From a virus: a stretch of 64,000 nucleotides of DNA. The stretch is from the IMG/VR virus record IMGVR_UViG_3300031974_003701, positions 2,585 through 66,584 of that record; one strand, given 5' to 3'. Positions 44,632 through 54,920 of this stretch are shown here, piece after piece; within the stretch, counting starts at the first letter, position 1; every line of letters begins with the position of its first letter. Under the pieces are notes generated by a model. The model did no database searches. It saw only the letters and a list, made by a program, of their open reading frames with translations, and was not told where the DNA came from. The position numbers and the translations under genes were made by a program.

Positions 44632-47363
44632 TGCCTGTTCGTGGAATTAATGATTATTACTTCAATGCTTATGCAGCTACAGAAAAAAAGTTTAAAAACT
44701 TTTATGATAAATTAACCGCTTTAGGCGATATTTCATCTGAATTAACTGATATTCACGGTAGTTTAGCAGCGATTAATGCACTAAATCCTTCAGAAATTAC
44801 TGATATACATGGTAATTTACCTGCTATACAAGCTATTACTAATGACCTACCTTCATTAAGTAATCATGGTACTAGAATTACTGCCCTAGAAACTGATATT
44901 AATTATTTAAAAAATGAAGCTGTTAATGTAAAAAATCCTACTTATGGTGCAGTAGGTGACGGTGTTACAGATGACAGTGCAGCTATACAAGCAGCTTTAG
45001 ATGCAGCTAATGGTACTGTTTATATACCAGAAGGTACTTACCTCTTAAGCAGAGGCCTTAAAATTAATAATGACTATGTTTCTATTATTGGTTCAGGTTG
45101 GAATACTGAATTAAAAATGGATACAACTACTATTAATGAACCAGTTATTCAAACAGTAGCAGATGGTGGTCAGGTACTAGCTCCTTTAGTAGCTAATATA
45201 AAAATTAACGGTTGTTGGACTTTTGAACGTAATGGGTCATATCAACATTTTAATCATGGTATTGACTTTAAAAGTACATGGGGTGCTAAAGCATTTAATA
45301 ACTTAATTGTTAATTGTTATGGTAATGGTATTAATTTAGAAGGTAATGCTTCTATTAGTAATGTTGATAATTATATTTATAAAAATAAAATTGAATTTAA
45401 TAAACGCTGTGGTGTTGAGTTAGGAGTACATTCAGCTACATTAGATTGCACAATGAATATTATTGGTTTTCATGATTTATTTGGTATTCGTTTAAGTAAT
45501 GTTGATACTAGAGTTATAGGCAATCACGTATTTGCTTGTAAATATAACATTATTCTTGAAAGTATGAATAATCAAGTAGTAGGTAATCACGTAGAGTCTG
45601 CAAGAGAACATGGTATTGTAGCTTCTGGTTCAGAACAAGGAATGATTGTTGCAAATACATCTGTTAAAAATAGTAGAACATCTGCCTCTGATTTACAAGC
45701 AGGACAAGAAAGTAATGCAGGAGTGTACTCGGGTATATACGTAACTGCTGATGCTCTAGGAAGACCTAATAAATCTCTTTTAATAACAAATAATAGTACA
45801 CATTCAGAAGATGTTACTGAAAAAAGACCTAATGGTAAGGAAACACTTCTTCAAAATTATGGTTTAGAGATTAAAGATTCTTTTGCTTTTGATGAACTTA
45901 TTGTTACTAACAATAACTTTAGAGGTGCTGAAAATGGTGGTATTAATAAAAAATATTTTAAAAATGCTGTAATAAGAGATAATTTCCCACTAGACGAACA
46001 TATATCAGTGGAAGAAAGATTTTATGATATTATTGGTGATACAAATATTACTAAAACATTATCTATAGGTGCATATGCTGAAATTGGTAATTTTTACCAA
46101 GGACCTGTAGCATGTTTTGATATTGAAATTGGTTATTACGGTAATGGTTCACCTCAACCACATGGTTTTTATGGTAGCTATAGGTTATTTATAACTAAAA
46201 GAACTGGTTCTGATTATTCATATGATCTAGTTTCATTAGGTGGAACACCAACACTACCTACTATTACAGAAACAGTTGTTACAAACACAGACCGAGAGTT
46301 TTTGTTACAGTTATCTGTTGAAAATCAACGTAATATTAGTATTTCTTCTAGACAAAGATTTGATAATATTCCTTCATCTTACATAAGAGTGTTACAAACA
46401 TTAGATGATATTGTAGATTATGCTCTTGTTGGTGGTCAATCAAGTGGAGAATATAGGTATTTACGTGCGAATGATACACTAAGAACATTATCTTCTAATG
46501 GTACTGAGTATTTAAATGGTGCTAGTATTGGAACACCTGTTTTAACTGCTAATGGTGGTTCATGGTATGACTCAAATGCATTAAAACAAAAAGTTGGTGG
46601 CTCTGGTTGGCAAAAGTTTAAAGATGCTCTTATAAATAATGACACTAAAATGTTATCTAAAGTACAAAACGTAATTTGGGATCATGGGGAATCTGACTTT
46701 ATACTTACATTCAGAGCAGGGTATAAAGAAGGTATTGAAAAGATTTTTGAACAAGCTAGGTTTATTAAAACAGGTTTAGAATTTTTTATTACCATCCCTC
46801 AATCTACATCTAATCCAGAAAATGGTGTACAGAATTGGGATGGTTCCACAAAAGATCAATCTGCACAAATGATTAGAGATGTTTATTATGAATTAATTGA
46901 TGAAAATGCTTTTATTAAAAAAGGTGCAGAACGTTTTGACTTAGAAATGGAAGACGATGTGCATTTGACAGAAGCTTCTTATGATATTTTAGCTGCTAGA
47001 GATTATCAGATTATTAATGGCGGTGCTATTGGACCAGAAGTAACTGCTGTAAATTTAACAGGTACAACATTAACTATTACTATTACTCATGATGGGGGTA
47101 CTGATATTACTCCTATTACAGATATTCAAGGATTTTATTTTGACGATAATGGAACAGAAATTACATTATCTAATGTAAGTAGAATTGATGCTACTACTAT
47201 TACAGCTACTTTAACTTCTGTTCCTACTAGTTCTAGTAGAACATTGTACTACATATATGGTGATATTAATAATGGTAGGGTTAGTGATTTAACTAAGTTG
47301 GTTAAAGATAATGCTTCATTATCTATGCCATTACGTTCTATGAAATGGAATTTAGATGCTTAA
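44631..47363 (+). CDS. Tail spike: pectate-lyase-like beta-helix plus SGNH/SASA-like esterase
   Basis: VNVK..YGAVGDGVTDDSAAIQAALD, VYIPEGTY and beta-helix repeats; C-terminal GGQS, GGS, WDHGESD, DDVHL. Confidence 0.8.
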   Translation: MPVRGINDYYFNAYAATEKKFKNFYDKLTALGDISSELTDIHGSLAAINALNPSEITDIHGNLPAIQAITNDLPSLSNHGTRITALETDINYLKNEAVNVKNPTYGAVGDGVTDDSAAIQAALDAANGTVYIPEGTYLLSRGLKINNDYVSIIGSGWNTELKMDTTTINEPVIQTVADGGQVLAPLVANIKINGCWTFERNGSYQHFNHGIDFKSTWGAKAFNNLIVNCYGNGINLEGNASISNVDNYIYKNKIEFNKRCGVELGVHSATLDCTMNIIGFHDLFGIRLSNVDTRVIGNHVFACKYNIILESMNNQVVGNHVESAREHGIVASGSEQGMIVANTSVKNSRTSASDLQAGQESNAGVYSGIYVTADALGRPNKSLLITNNSTHSEDVTEKRPNGKETLLQNYGLEIKDSFAFDELIVTNNNFRGAENGGINKKYFKNAVIRDNFPLDEHISVEERFYDIIGDTNITKTLSIGAYAEIGNFYQGPVACFDIEIGYYGNGSPQPHGFYGSYRLFITKRTGSDYSYDLVSLGGTPTLPTITETVVTNTDREFLLQLSVENQRNISISSRQRFDNIPSSYIRVLQTLDDIVDYALVGGQSSGEYRYLRANDTLRTLSSNGTEYLNGASIGTPVLTANGGSWYDSNALKQKVGGSGWQKFKDALINNDTKMLSKVQNVIWDHGESDFILTFRAGYKEGIEKIFEQARFIKTGLEFFITIPQSTSNPENGVQNWDGSTKDQSAQMIRDVYYELIDENAFIKKGAERFDLEMEDDVHLTEASYDILAARDYQIINGGAIGPEVTAVNLTGTTLTITITHDGGTDITPITDIQGFYFDDNGTEITLSNVSRIDATTITATLTSVPTSSSRTLYYIYGDINNGRVSDLTKLVKDNASLSMPLRSMKWNLDA

Positions 47364-48087
47364 TACTAGACATAGAGATAGAAGTAGATATATGCAATTG
47401 AACTTAGGTTATATATTAGATAGCTTAAGTTTTGTAAATGATTTGTATATATTTAGACCCCAAGATGCTGTTATAATTAATGATAAAATTAGTGAAATAC
47501 CTGATTATAATGGCTCTTCCGCAAAATTTGAACAAACTGTAGAAAGCTACAGACCTACTTTAAGTAATGATAATACAATTGATCTTGGTTTAAGTAACAC
47601 AGATATTAAAGGTTTTGTATCGAATGAACCGCTTACATTCCGTGAAATATTTATTGTAACAAGCTATGATGTAAATAATGATGATGTATTAGAAACAGAA
47701 TTTAGTAATTTTCCTACATTATGGTCTGGTACAGAAGAAAATACTGGAGGTAAACGAATTGCAGGTGATGGTAGAGTAGCAGCAGAAGACGATTTATTAA
47801 CAAATGCTTCTGTTCATGCTACAGGTAAAGTAAGATTAGGATTAAATCAAACAGAAGTTAATTTAGATATTGTTCCCTTACCTCTAACTGTAGTTAGTAC
47901 AGCAGTAAATGATTTTAATGTGGTTTTAGAAGAGACAGATACAGTAACATTAGGGTATAATTCACAATTTACAACTAGATCATGGACAGGTCCTATAGGA
48001 ACTATTGTTGTTTCAAAAGTAGCTTTATTGAATTCTCAAAGAATTGAATTAATTACTGCTTTGAATAAAGTACATAATATTATTTAG
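47356..48087 (+). CDS. Tail-associated protein (possible lectin/LamG-like fold)
   Basis: Q.....RPTL and W.G.IG.IVV....L....R pattern seen in tail lectin-like domains. Confidence 0.55.
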   Translation: MLNTRHRDRSRYMQLNLGYILDSLSFVNDLYIFRPQDAVIINDKISEIPDYNGSSAKFEQTVESYRPTLSNDNTIDLGLSNTDIKGFVSNEPLTFREIFIVTSYDVNNDDVLETEFSNFPTLWSGTEENTGGKRIAGDGRVAAEDDLLTNASVHATGKVRLGLNQTEVNLDIVPLPLTVVSTAVNDFNVVLEETDTVTLGYNSQFTTRSWTGPIGTIVVSKVALLNSQRIELITALNKVHNII

Positions 48088-48101
48088 GAAGGTAAAATAA
48101 T

Positions 48102-48479
48102 ATGACATGCACAGATAATTTACCTATTATTGATTTTTGTAATGTAAAAAAAGGTGCTGATTTTACACAATTATTAACTTTTGCTATTAAAAATGAAGAA
48201 ACTGGTGTTGAAACTATACGTGATTTCAGTAATGTTACTTCGGCTAGATTAATTATTAAAGAAAAGATATACAGTTCTAGTAATTTGATAGAATTAACAT
48301 TAGGGTCTGGTTTAACTTTAAATACTACTAATGGTACGTTATTGATAAAACTCACTGCTGCACAAACAGGAGCTTTAACAGTTCAAAGCGGAGTATATGA
48401 TTGTTTTTTTACTTATGCAGATGGATCAGTAGAAGCTGTGTTTGAAGGTAAAATTATATTTAGACAAGGTACTATATAA
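48102..48479 (+). CDS. Tail/baseplate-associated Ig-like protein
   Basis: KGADF....., G.L.I.LTAAQT.AL....GVYD........V..VFEG.I pattern of BppU-like phage proteins. Confidence 0.65.
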   Translation: MTCTDNLPIIDFCNVKKGADFTQLLTFAIKNEETGVETIRDFSNVTSARLIIKEKIYSSSNLIELTLGSGLTLNTTNGTLLIKLTAAQTGALTVQSGVYDCFFTYADGSVEAVFEGKIIFRQGTI

Positions 48480-48904
48480 TGACAGAAGTAATTAAACAAA
48501 GTGTACCTTATACTATTATTAAAACGGATGAGCAAAATACTATTATTAAAACGGATGAGCAAAACGTTAAAATAATACAAACAGCTTCTGTATTTGGTAC
48601 TTTAACAGGAGCAGAAATAAAAGCTTTGTATGAAGCTGAGAATGATACTAATGTTTTTACAGATGCTGAGAAAACTAAATTAAATGACTTAAATATAATT
48701 CAATATTTAGGTGATCCCACAAATACAGATTATTCTGATAGTAATTATTTTTATTTTGGGTATTCTAATATTAATGGTAATTATATTATTGAAAGACAAG
48801 ATAGAACATCTAGTGTATCATTACGTGCTACTGTGATTAATAACCCAACTTATACTGTATATAACAACGCATGGACAAATAAATCGAGTTTAGTTTATGC
48901 TTAA
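48479..48904 (+). CDS. Tail-associated hypothetical protein
   Basis: TGAEIKALYEAE.DTNVFTDAEKTKL fibre-like motif; ends AWTNKSSLVY. Confidence 0.6.
   Translation: MTEVIKQSVPYTIIKTDEQNTIIKTDEQNVKIIQTASVFGTLTGAEIKALYEAENDTNVFTDAEKTKLNDLNIIQYLGDPTNTDYSDSNYFYFGYSNINGNYIIERQDRTSSVSLRATVINNPTYTVYNNAWTNKSSLVYA
48511..48564 (+). repeat. 27-nt exact tandem duplication (TIIKTDEQN x2)
   Basis: TACTATTATTAAAACGGATGAGCAAAA occurs twice in tandem, in frame. Confidence 0.9.
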
Positions 48905-49253
48905 AAACTTATTTGTTTTGTTTACACAGCCTGATGATTTTAAAAATAATCCTTATGGATTACTTACAAATCAGGTAAGTCATGTTGCTTTATCAACTTT
49001 GTTATCAGTAACTATAGTACATTGGATTTCTATAGATTGGTTATTTTTAATTATTGGTTTTTGGTTAAGTTGGGAATATTATCAGTTGTTCTTTCGTAAT
49101 GCTAAATTAAAAGATACTTTAATTGATTTGTTTTTCGAGTGTGGTCCTATAATATCTATTATGGTTTTTGAGACTAATTTAAATTATATACTTATAAGTC
49201 AATATATAATATTATTTATATTACTTGTCTATGTAAGCTTTAAGGTGAAATAA
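48897..49253 (+). CDS. Membrane protein
   Basis: 118 aa with several hydrophobic segments. Confidence 0.6.
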   Translation: MLKNLFVLFTQPDDFKNNPYGLLTNQVSHVALSTLLSVTIVHWISIDWLFLIIGFWLSWEYYQLFFRNAKLKDTLIDLFFECGPIISIMVFETNLNYILISQYIILFILLVYVSFKVK

Positions 49254-52200
49254 ATGGCTTTTGTTAGAAATAAAAAATTATCCTCTGTGTCTATTAATAC
49301 AGCCACGCTAGAAGTAGTGTTGCCTGAATTTGAAGATGGAGATCTTCTTTTAATATTTGTAGTAGCTGACGGTAATAGAACATTATCTATTTCTTCTGGA
49401 TGGACTGAAAATGAAAGTGGGAATAATATTTCTGCAATAGGGTACGGGATTTTCTATATAGAGAATGCTACTGGTTCAATTGGTAATCCTATAATTACTT
49501 TAAGCGCTAATGATACAGCTACAGCAGTTGCTATATCCGTAGGAGGTGTACCTACAACAAATGTTATTGAAGCTTCTACAAGTGCTTCTTTACTGGCTCC
49601 TAATAGATCTGAGTTAAATTTTTCAGGTATTACAACATTATCGGATGATGCATTAGTGCTTCATTTAGTAGGCAATTCTGCTACAGGAGGTATGGCTAGT
49701 GATGTTGGGTTGAGAAGGATTTCAGACGAAATTGGTTATATAGGTGAGAGTGCTTTTATGTACGAAGAAACTGTTCCAACAGCAGGAAGTTCTTCAACGG
49801 GAAAATTTATTCAAAGCACTAACACAAATGGTTTGTATAAAGCTATATCAATTAAAGATGGTTCTAGTGGTACAAAAAAAAGAGCATATCAAGTATCAGG
49901 CGGACTAGAATTAATTAATGGAATGCAAGGTCTTTTAGACAGCACATGGAGAGTTGGCGGAAGTATTCCTAGCGATGTTACCGAAGAAGCAGATTATGGA
50001 ACTATATCTGGCAAAACTTTTAGAGCATTAGAAGGCATTGCAACCACAGGAGATGCGAATACAGTTCCTTTTATGTCTGCTGCAAGATTTAAGATTGATA
50101 GAGGGCCATATTATTCTGGGTTAAAGATATTAATGGATAGGTATGGTTCGGGAGGTACAAAAGATATATCAAATAATAATGTTGCTCTAGCTGTAACTAT
50201 GCACCAATTATCGTTAAATAATTTGGTGAAACTTCAAACTAAAGCTGAATTAGGCTATTCTATTGCTTTGGAAGATAATACAGGAAATTACGTTATTCAT
50301 GCAATTTCAGGATCAGATTCTACTTCTCCTAAGATTTCCCCTGTAGACCAACCTTGTCTAGTTCAAGCGAGTACCCCAAATCCTATATCTAGCTCTGGAG
50401 TTTTTGATAGCAGTAATTTGACAAAAGTGGCATTTATGGCTTCTTCTCTAAATGCCACAAACCTTAGTATATATTTTTGTAATGTTGGTATTTTGTCTGC
50501 AATTCAATTGGCAGGAGGATCATCTTTACTTCCGATTAACCAAGAATTTATTTATGAGGTTTCTTACGCAAATTTAGGGTATTTTATTAAAAATATTGGT
50601 AATAGTATTATTTCATATACTCCTTGGATTTTTGGTAATGGTACAGAAGATACTTATGTTGATTTCCAAGACAAAACAATTTCATTTCCAGAACATAGTG
50701 CTAATACAGGCGCACTAGTAGGAGATGATTTTTTTGGGTTACGTATAGAAAGTAGTGCAAACAGCGATTTTAATTTTACTGGTTCAATTATTAGCAGCGC
50801 GGCACCATTTTATTTAAACATTATTAATGGTTTAGGTAATATAAATTTTACAAACTCTACTATCTCAGGCACAAAAGTTTGCAACTTGAGAGGCAACTTT
50901 ACAGGATCATCAATAACTCCTCAGTCTGGAAGTTTTGTAGATGATTTTGATGCTACAATTTTAAATATTAATATTAATGGTGATCTCAGATTAAATTCAG
51001 TCCGTGATCTAACAAATGTGACAGCAAGCAAAATAGTTGTTCAAGATGCAGGAACTTATAATTTCACAAATGTTACCATTGACGAAATTGAAAATATATC
51101 TGGAGGTGTGGTTAATATTGTTTCTGATAAATCTATTGCTACACAAACAAATACAAGTGGTACTTTGAATGTACAAGATAGTTTCTTGTCATTCTCAGGT
51201 GTAGATTCTTGGAATATTTATGCTAGTGCGTCTGATCGTGATGCTAATACAAATTCTATAGCTAATGGTACTGGATCAGATGTTTATCGTTTTACTTTTG
51301 TTGCAAGTACAACGTATTATTTACGACTTACTGTTTCAGGCGAAACTTTATTTAAAGAAAGTACACCAACACAAGCAGGAGAGACATCGGTTTCACTAAA
51401 TACAGCAAGTCTTTTAAATAGCGTAAATGCTTCTTTGTCTTACATTCAAAGAAACGTATATGTTGATACAAGTTTATCTGAGAATGGTACTGGATCAGCA
51501 ACATCTAAGTATAATAATATTGATGATGCAGTGACCTTATATAAACAAGGTGGGTATATTGAAATTATTCTAACATCTTCATCAACAAATGTTGCTACAT
51601 TAGGTGTAAATGCCGACCATGTTATTATTAATGGTACGTCACAAGATAGTTACTTAAACATTAATGGACAATCACTACAAGGTTCTACAATAAAAAATGT
51701 ATCATTATATGGATCACAGGATTTAAATAATACAACAAGTTACTTTATAGATTGTGGTATTGTAGGTAATAGTGATTTTGTAGGAAAATTAGAAAATTGT
51801 GGTTTTTATGGAGATGGTACTAATCCATTAACAGTTTCACTTCATGGTTCAGTTGAGCTTCTTGAATGTCGTTCTTCTAGTGTTCAAGATACTAATTTTG
51901 ATTTCACCAATGCTCTAGGTGTTATTTCTCATGATTGGAAAGGTGGGCAGCATAAGATTGATAATCTTACTGGATCAAAGCTTTACACATTATATGCAGA
52001 TCGTGGAGAATGCGTGATTAATGCTTCCTCTACAGGTGGATTTGTCACTGTAAACGATATGGTTGTTACGACAGATAACGGAACATCTACTGTATTAAAT
52101 TCAAACACAACAGAGGTGAAGTCTGATACAATCATTGAAGATACAAATGAGCTTCAAACAAATCAAGGGCAATGGGTAACGGCGACAGGTTTTGCAACGC

Positions 52201-52748
52201 CAACAAATGTATCCAACGCACAAACAGCCATTATTGCAGAAGTGCAGCAATCGGAAGCGGATGTTATTGCAGCTTTACCAACACCTGATGAAATGACAGA
52301 AGCAGAGCTTCATTCTGCATTAGACAGCTATGCCAATAAAGACAACTGGAAAGCAGATGTATCAAGTCTTTCAGCAGATGTTAATGTAGTAGAAGTTAAT
52401 GGTGTAGCTATAACAAGTATTAATGATTTTAAGGCAGATATTAGTAATTTAGCTTTAGAAGCTACTGTGAACGCTTTAAATAATTTATCTAGTGCAGATA
52501 TTACATCTGCTGTACCTACTACAACACAAATAGCTACTGCTGTAGAAGCAGCTTTAATTGATGAAGGTGATGGACAACAGTTAATAGATGCTATTTTACA
52601 AGTTATTAATTCTAATTTAGATTTACCTGCTCTAGAGTTAACGGCTATTGCACAAGCTGTAAGAACTGAATTGACTACTGAATTAAATGATATAATACTA
52701 GCTAAAGATCATGCAGCAGCAGCTAATATACAAACAAAACAAGTATAG
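49254..52748 (+). CDS. Large tail fibre/receptor-binding or decoration protein
   Basis: 1164 aa, Ser/Thr/Asn/Gly-rich; GDLLLIFV domain; VYVD......GTGS...YNNIDDAV beta-helix start; C-terminal IAQAVRTEL motifs; located in the tail module. Confidence 0.7.
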   Translation: MAFVRNKKLSSVSINTATLEVVLPEFEDGDLLLIFVVADGNRTLSISSGWTENESGNNISAIGYGIFYIENATGSIGNPIITLSANDTATAVAISVGGVPTTNVIEASTSASLLAPNRSELNFSGITTLSDDALVLHLVGNSATGGMASDVGLRRISDEIGYIGESAFMYEETVPTAGSSSTGKFIQSTNTNGLYKAISIKDGSSGTKKRAYQVSGGLELINGMQGLLDSTWRVGGSIPSDVTEEADYGTISGKTFRALEGIATTGDANTVPFMSAARFKIDRGPYYSGLKILMDRYGSGGTKDISNNNVALAVTMHQLSLNNLVKLQTKAELGYSIALEDNTGNYVIHAISGSDSTSPKISPVDQPCLVQASTPNPISSSGVFDSSNLTKVAFMASSLNATNLSIYFCNVGILSAIQLAGGSSLLPINQEFIYEVSYANLGYFIKNIGNSIISYTPWIFGNGTEDTYVDFQDKTISFPEHSANTGALVGDDFFGLRIESSANSDFNFTGSIISSAAPFYLNIINGLGNINFTNSTISGTKVCNLRGNFTGSSITPQSGSFVDDFDATILNININGDLRLNSVRDLTNVTASKIVVQDAGTYNFTNVTIDEIENISGGVVNIVSDKSIATQTNTSGTLNVQDSFLSFSGVDSWNIYASASDRDANTNSIANGTGSDVYRFTFVASTTYYLRLTVSGETLFKESTPTQAGETSVSLNTASLLNSVNASLSYIQRNVYVDTSLSENGTGSATSKYNNIDDAVTLYKQGGYIEIILTSSSTNVATLGVNADHVIINGTSQDSYLNINGQSLQGSTIKNVSLYGSQDLNNTTSYFIDCGIVGNSDFVGKLENCGFYGDGTNPLTVSLHGSVELLECRSSSVQDTNFDFTNALGVISHDWKGGQHKIDNLTGSKLYTLYADRGECVINASSTGGFVTVNDMVVTTDNGTSTVLNSNTTEVKSDTIIEDTNELQTNQGQWVTATGFATPTNVSNAQTAIIAEVQQSEADVIAALPTPDEMTEAELHSALDSYANKDNWKADVSSLSADVNVVEVNGVAITSINDFKADISNLALEATVNALNNLSSADITSAVPTTTQIATAVEAALIDEGDGQQLIDAILQVINSNLDLPALELTAIAQAVRTELTTELNDIILAKDHAAAANIQTKQV

Positions 52749-52803
52749 TATTTTTATATTATACTTTTTTATGTTAGCATGTATAAAACAATAGGAGTTT
52801 TTT

Positions 52804-52995
52804 ATGGAAGAATTATTTAATGACCCTACTAAATTAGCTTTAGTATCAGGAATTATAAGTGGGATGTTATTAATTGCTTACTATGTAGTTAGATGGACTA
52901 AGAATAAAACAGATGATAAAATTTTTGATATTGTAGTTAAAATTTTAAATGTTTTTGGCATTAAGTTTAATAAACCAACTAAAAATAATGACTGA
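52804..52995 (+). CDS. Holin-like small membrane protein
   Basis: One TM followed by TKNKTDDKI; start of the lysis cassette. Confidence 0.55.
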   Translation: MEELFNDPTKLALVSGIISGMLLIAYYVVRWTKNKTDDKIFDIVVKILNVFGIKFNKPTKNND

Positions 52996-53191
52996 ATTAG
53001 TTACCTTAATTATAGTTGTTGTTATACTGGGAATAATTGCTTATTTTCTAGGTAAATCTAATCAAAAAAATAAGCAATTAAAATGTGAATTAGATGAAAA
53101 TAGTAGAGTTGGCGAGTTGAACGATGAAATATCTAGTAAAGTCTATAATATGTCTAAGTCTGATCTTTATAAGTTCTTGCGCAAAAAGTAA
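52988..53191 (+). CDS. Putative inner-membrane spanin (Rz-like)
   Basis: N-terminal TM (start MTELVTL) and short periplasmic tail with Cys; overlaps a lipoprotein gene. Confidence 0.6.
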   Translation: MTELVTLIIVVVILGIIAYFLGKSNQKNKQLKCELDENSRVGELNDEISSKVYNMSKSDLYKFLRKK

Positions 53192-53312
53192 CTGTAATTT
53201 GTGTACTTCTTTAAAGGTTTATACTCTTGATAAAGAAGATAAAGTAAACGAAATAGCTTTACGTTCAATGGTCCATAACCAAATGATAATTAGAAAAGGA
53301 TGTAATAAATGA
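53124..53312 (+). CDS. Putative outer-membrane spanin lipoprotein (Rz1-like)
   Basis: Signal peptide with lipobox ISSC; overlaps the i-spanin; upstream of the endolysin. Confidence 0.6.
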   Translation: MKYLVKSIICLSLIFISSCAKSNCNLCTSLKVYTLDKEDKVNEIALRSMVHNQMIIRKGCNK

Positions 53313-53854
53313 GTATGTATGATGTTGTAGTTCCTTTTGTAGCTAAATGGGAAGGCTTAAGGTTATATCCTTATTTCTGTTCAGCAGATAAACCAACAAT
53401 AGGTTATGGAGAAGTTATTAGATCAAATAAACAATATGGTGTACATAATGGTTCAGATTTAATTAACTACTGTAATTCTATCAGAAAAAAATATTCAAAA
53501 CGTAAAACTAATAATATAATTAGGCAGCACTATGGTTCTATAATTACTAAAGAAAAAGCTAAAGAGGATTTAATAAAATTACTAAAAGAAGAGTATTGGT
53601 ATAAAATCAGAAGATATTTACCCCAAGGAATGACAGATAATCAATGTGCTGCTGTATTATCTTTTACTTATAATGTTGGTGTACATAATTTTATTAATTC
53701 TACTTTATTACGTAAGCTTAAAGAAGGTAATATTCAAGAAGCAGCTAATCAATTTTTAAGGTGGAATAAAGCTAGAGTTAGAGGCAAACTTACTATATTA
53801 AAAGGACTTACTAATAGACGCAAAGATGAACGTAATTTGTTTTTAAGTGAGTAA
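53309..53854 (+). CDS. Endolysin, GH24 phage lysozyme
   Basis: WEGLRL.PY.C.A..PTIGYG, NQ.AA..SFTYNVG, STLLRKL, A.QF.RW.KA, GL..RR.DER.LF. Confidence 0.92.
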   Translation: MSMYDVVVPFVAKWEGLRLYPYFCSADKPTIGYGEVIRSNKQYGVHNGSDLINYCNSIRKKYSKRKTNNIIRQHYGSIITKEKAKEDLIKLLKEEYWYKIRRYLPQGMTDNQCAAVLSFTYNVGVHNFINSTLLRKLKEGNIQEAANQFLRWNKARVRGKLTILKGLTNRRKDERNLFLSE

Positions 53855-53860
53855 GTTGTA

Positions 53861-54157
53861 ATGGATAATACTGAAATAAAAAATATTTACACAAAATTAG
53901 AAAAAAATACTGAGCGTATTTCTAATTTAGAAAAAGAAGTACCAACTTTATTATTAAAAACTGAAACAACTGAAGCAACGGCTAAAGAAATTAAAGATGA
54001 TGTTAAAGAGATACGTACTGCTCTACAACAAATCAGTATCACTATGACGGCTAATAATACTAAATCAATAAGTTTACACGAAAGACATTGGTTAGCTATA
54101 GCAGGCATAGCTACATTAGGTGTTATGGTTTTAAATAAATATTTAGATAAAGTGTAA
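53861..54157 (+). CDS. Coiled-coil protein with C-terminal TM (holin/XhlA-like)
   Basis: Heptad-rich N-terminus and one C-terminal TM; next to the endolysin. Confidence 0.6.
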   Translation: MDNTEIKNIYTKLEKNTERISNLEKEVPTLLLKTETTEATAKEIKDDVKEIRTALQQISITMTANNTKSISLHERHWLAIAGIATLGVMVLNKYLDKV

Positions 54158-54161
54158 TTTT

Positions 54162-54536
54162 ATGGGTAATATTAAGTTTGTGCTTTGTTTTTTAGTAACT
54201 ATACCTCAACTATATTTTGTTTTAAGTTATGATGCTTCTACTATAATACTACAATTTATAACTTTACTAAGTCAAATATCAGGTATTTTATTCAATGTAT
54301 TTTTTGGGTATTGTTGGTATAAAAGATACGTTATTTCTACTAAAACTATGTTTTATTGTTTTATAGCGTTATTTATAAGTAACATTATATTTGCTGCTGC
54401 TGGGCATATTTTTGTTTATGATAAAATATATTTAAATTTTGGTTTATATTTATCATTATGGATTATAATAGCACACTTAATATACAATTATGCACATGTA
54501 GAATTTCTTTTAAAGTATTTAAAAAGATATAAGTAA
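54162..54536 (+). CDS. Four-TM membrane protein
   Basis: 124 aa, strongly hydrophobic. Confidence 0.6.
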   Translation: MGNIKFVLCFLVTIPQLYFVLSYDASTIILQFITLLSQISGILFNVFFGYCWYKRYVISTKTMFYCFIALFISNIIFAAAGHIFVYDKIYLNFGLYLSLWIIIAHLIYNYAHVEFLLKYLKRYK

Positions 54537-54547
54537 AATCTATTATC

Positions 54548-54576
54548 TTGAATAATAGCTTATTTAACATTATGAT
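54548..54576 (+). promoter_or_regulatory. sigma70-like late promoter
   Basis: TTGAAT-17 nt-TATGAT in the intergenic gap upstream of the head operon; N4 late genes are transcribed by host sigma70 RNAP. Confidence 0.55.
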
Positions 54577-54609
54577 AACTACATAATGTAACCAAAGAAA
54601 AGAATTAAT

Positions 54610-54918
54610 ATGGCTTATAATGTATTTAAACCTAGTTATCAAAGCGGATTAGTTATTAATGCAACTACAACTGCCTCTGAACACACAGTAAATGTTCAGA
54701 ATAAACATAATGCTGTTATTACTAATTTAGGTGATAATTTTGCATATATTGTTTTTTATAAAAACTCTAATGGTGCTGTAGTTGCAAATGATACATGTTT
54801 TATTATTCCCCCTAAAGCACAAATATCTTTAGATATTGCAGATAATGATGATAGAGTTAGTGTTTTAGCAGTAGATGCTGCAACTGATCTTCATGTTATT
54901 TTTGGTGATGGTGCTTAA
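54610..54918 (+). CDS. Hypothetical beta-rich (possibly virion) protein
   Basis: 102 aa directly before the portal gene. Confidence 0.65.
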   Translation: MAYNVFKPSYQSGLVINATTTASEHTVNVQNKHNAVITNLGDNFAYIVFYKNSNGAVVANDTCFIIPPKAQISLDIADNDDRVSVLAVDAATDLHVIFGDGA

Positions 54919-54920
54919 TA

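Noticed and set aside
44631-52748. Diversity-generating retroelement or invertible tail cassette
   Set aside because: No reverse transcriptase, recombinase or template/variable repeat pair was noticed.
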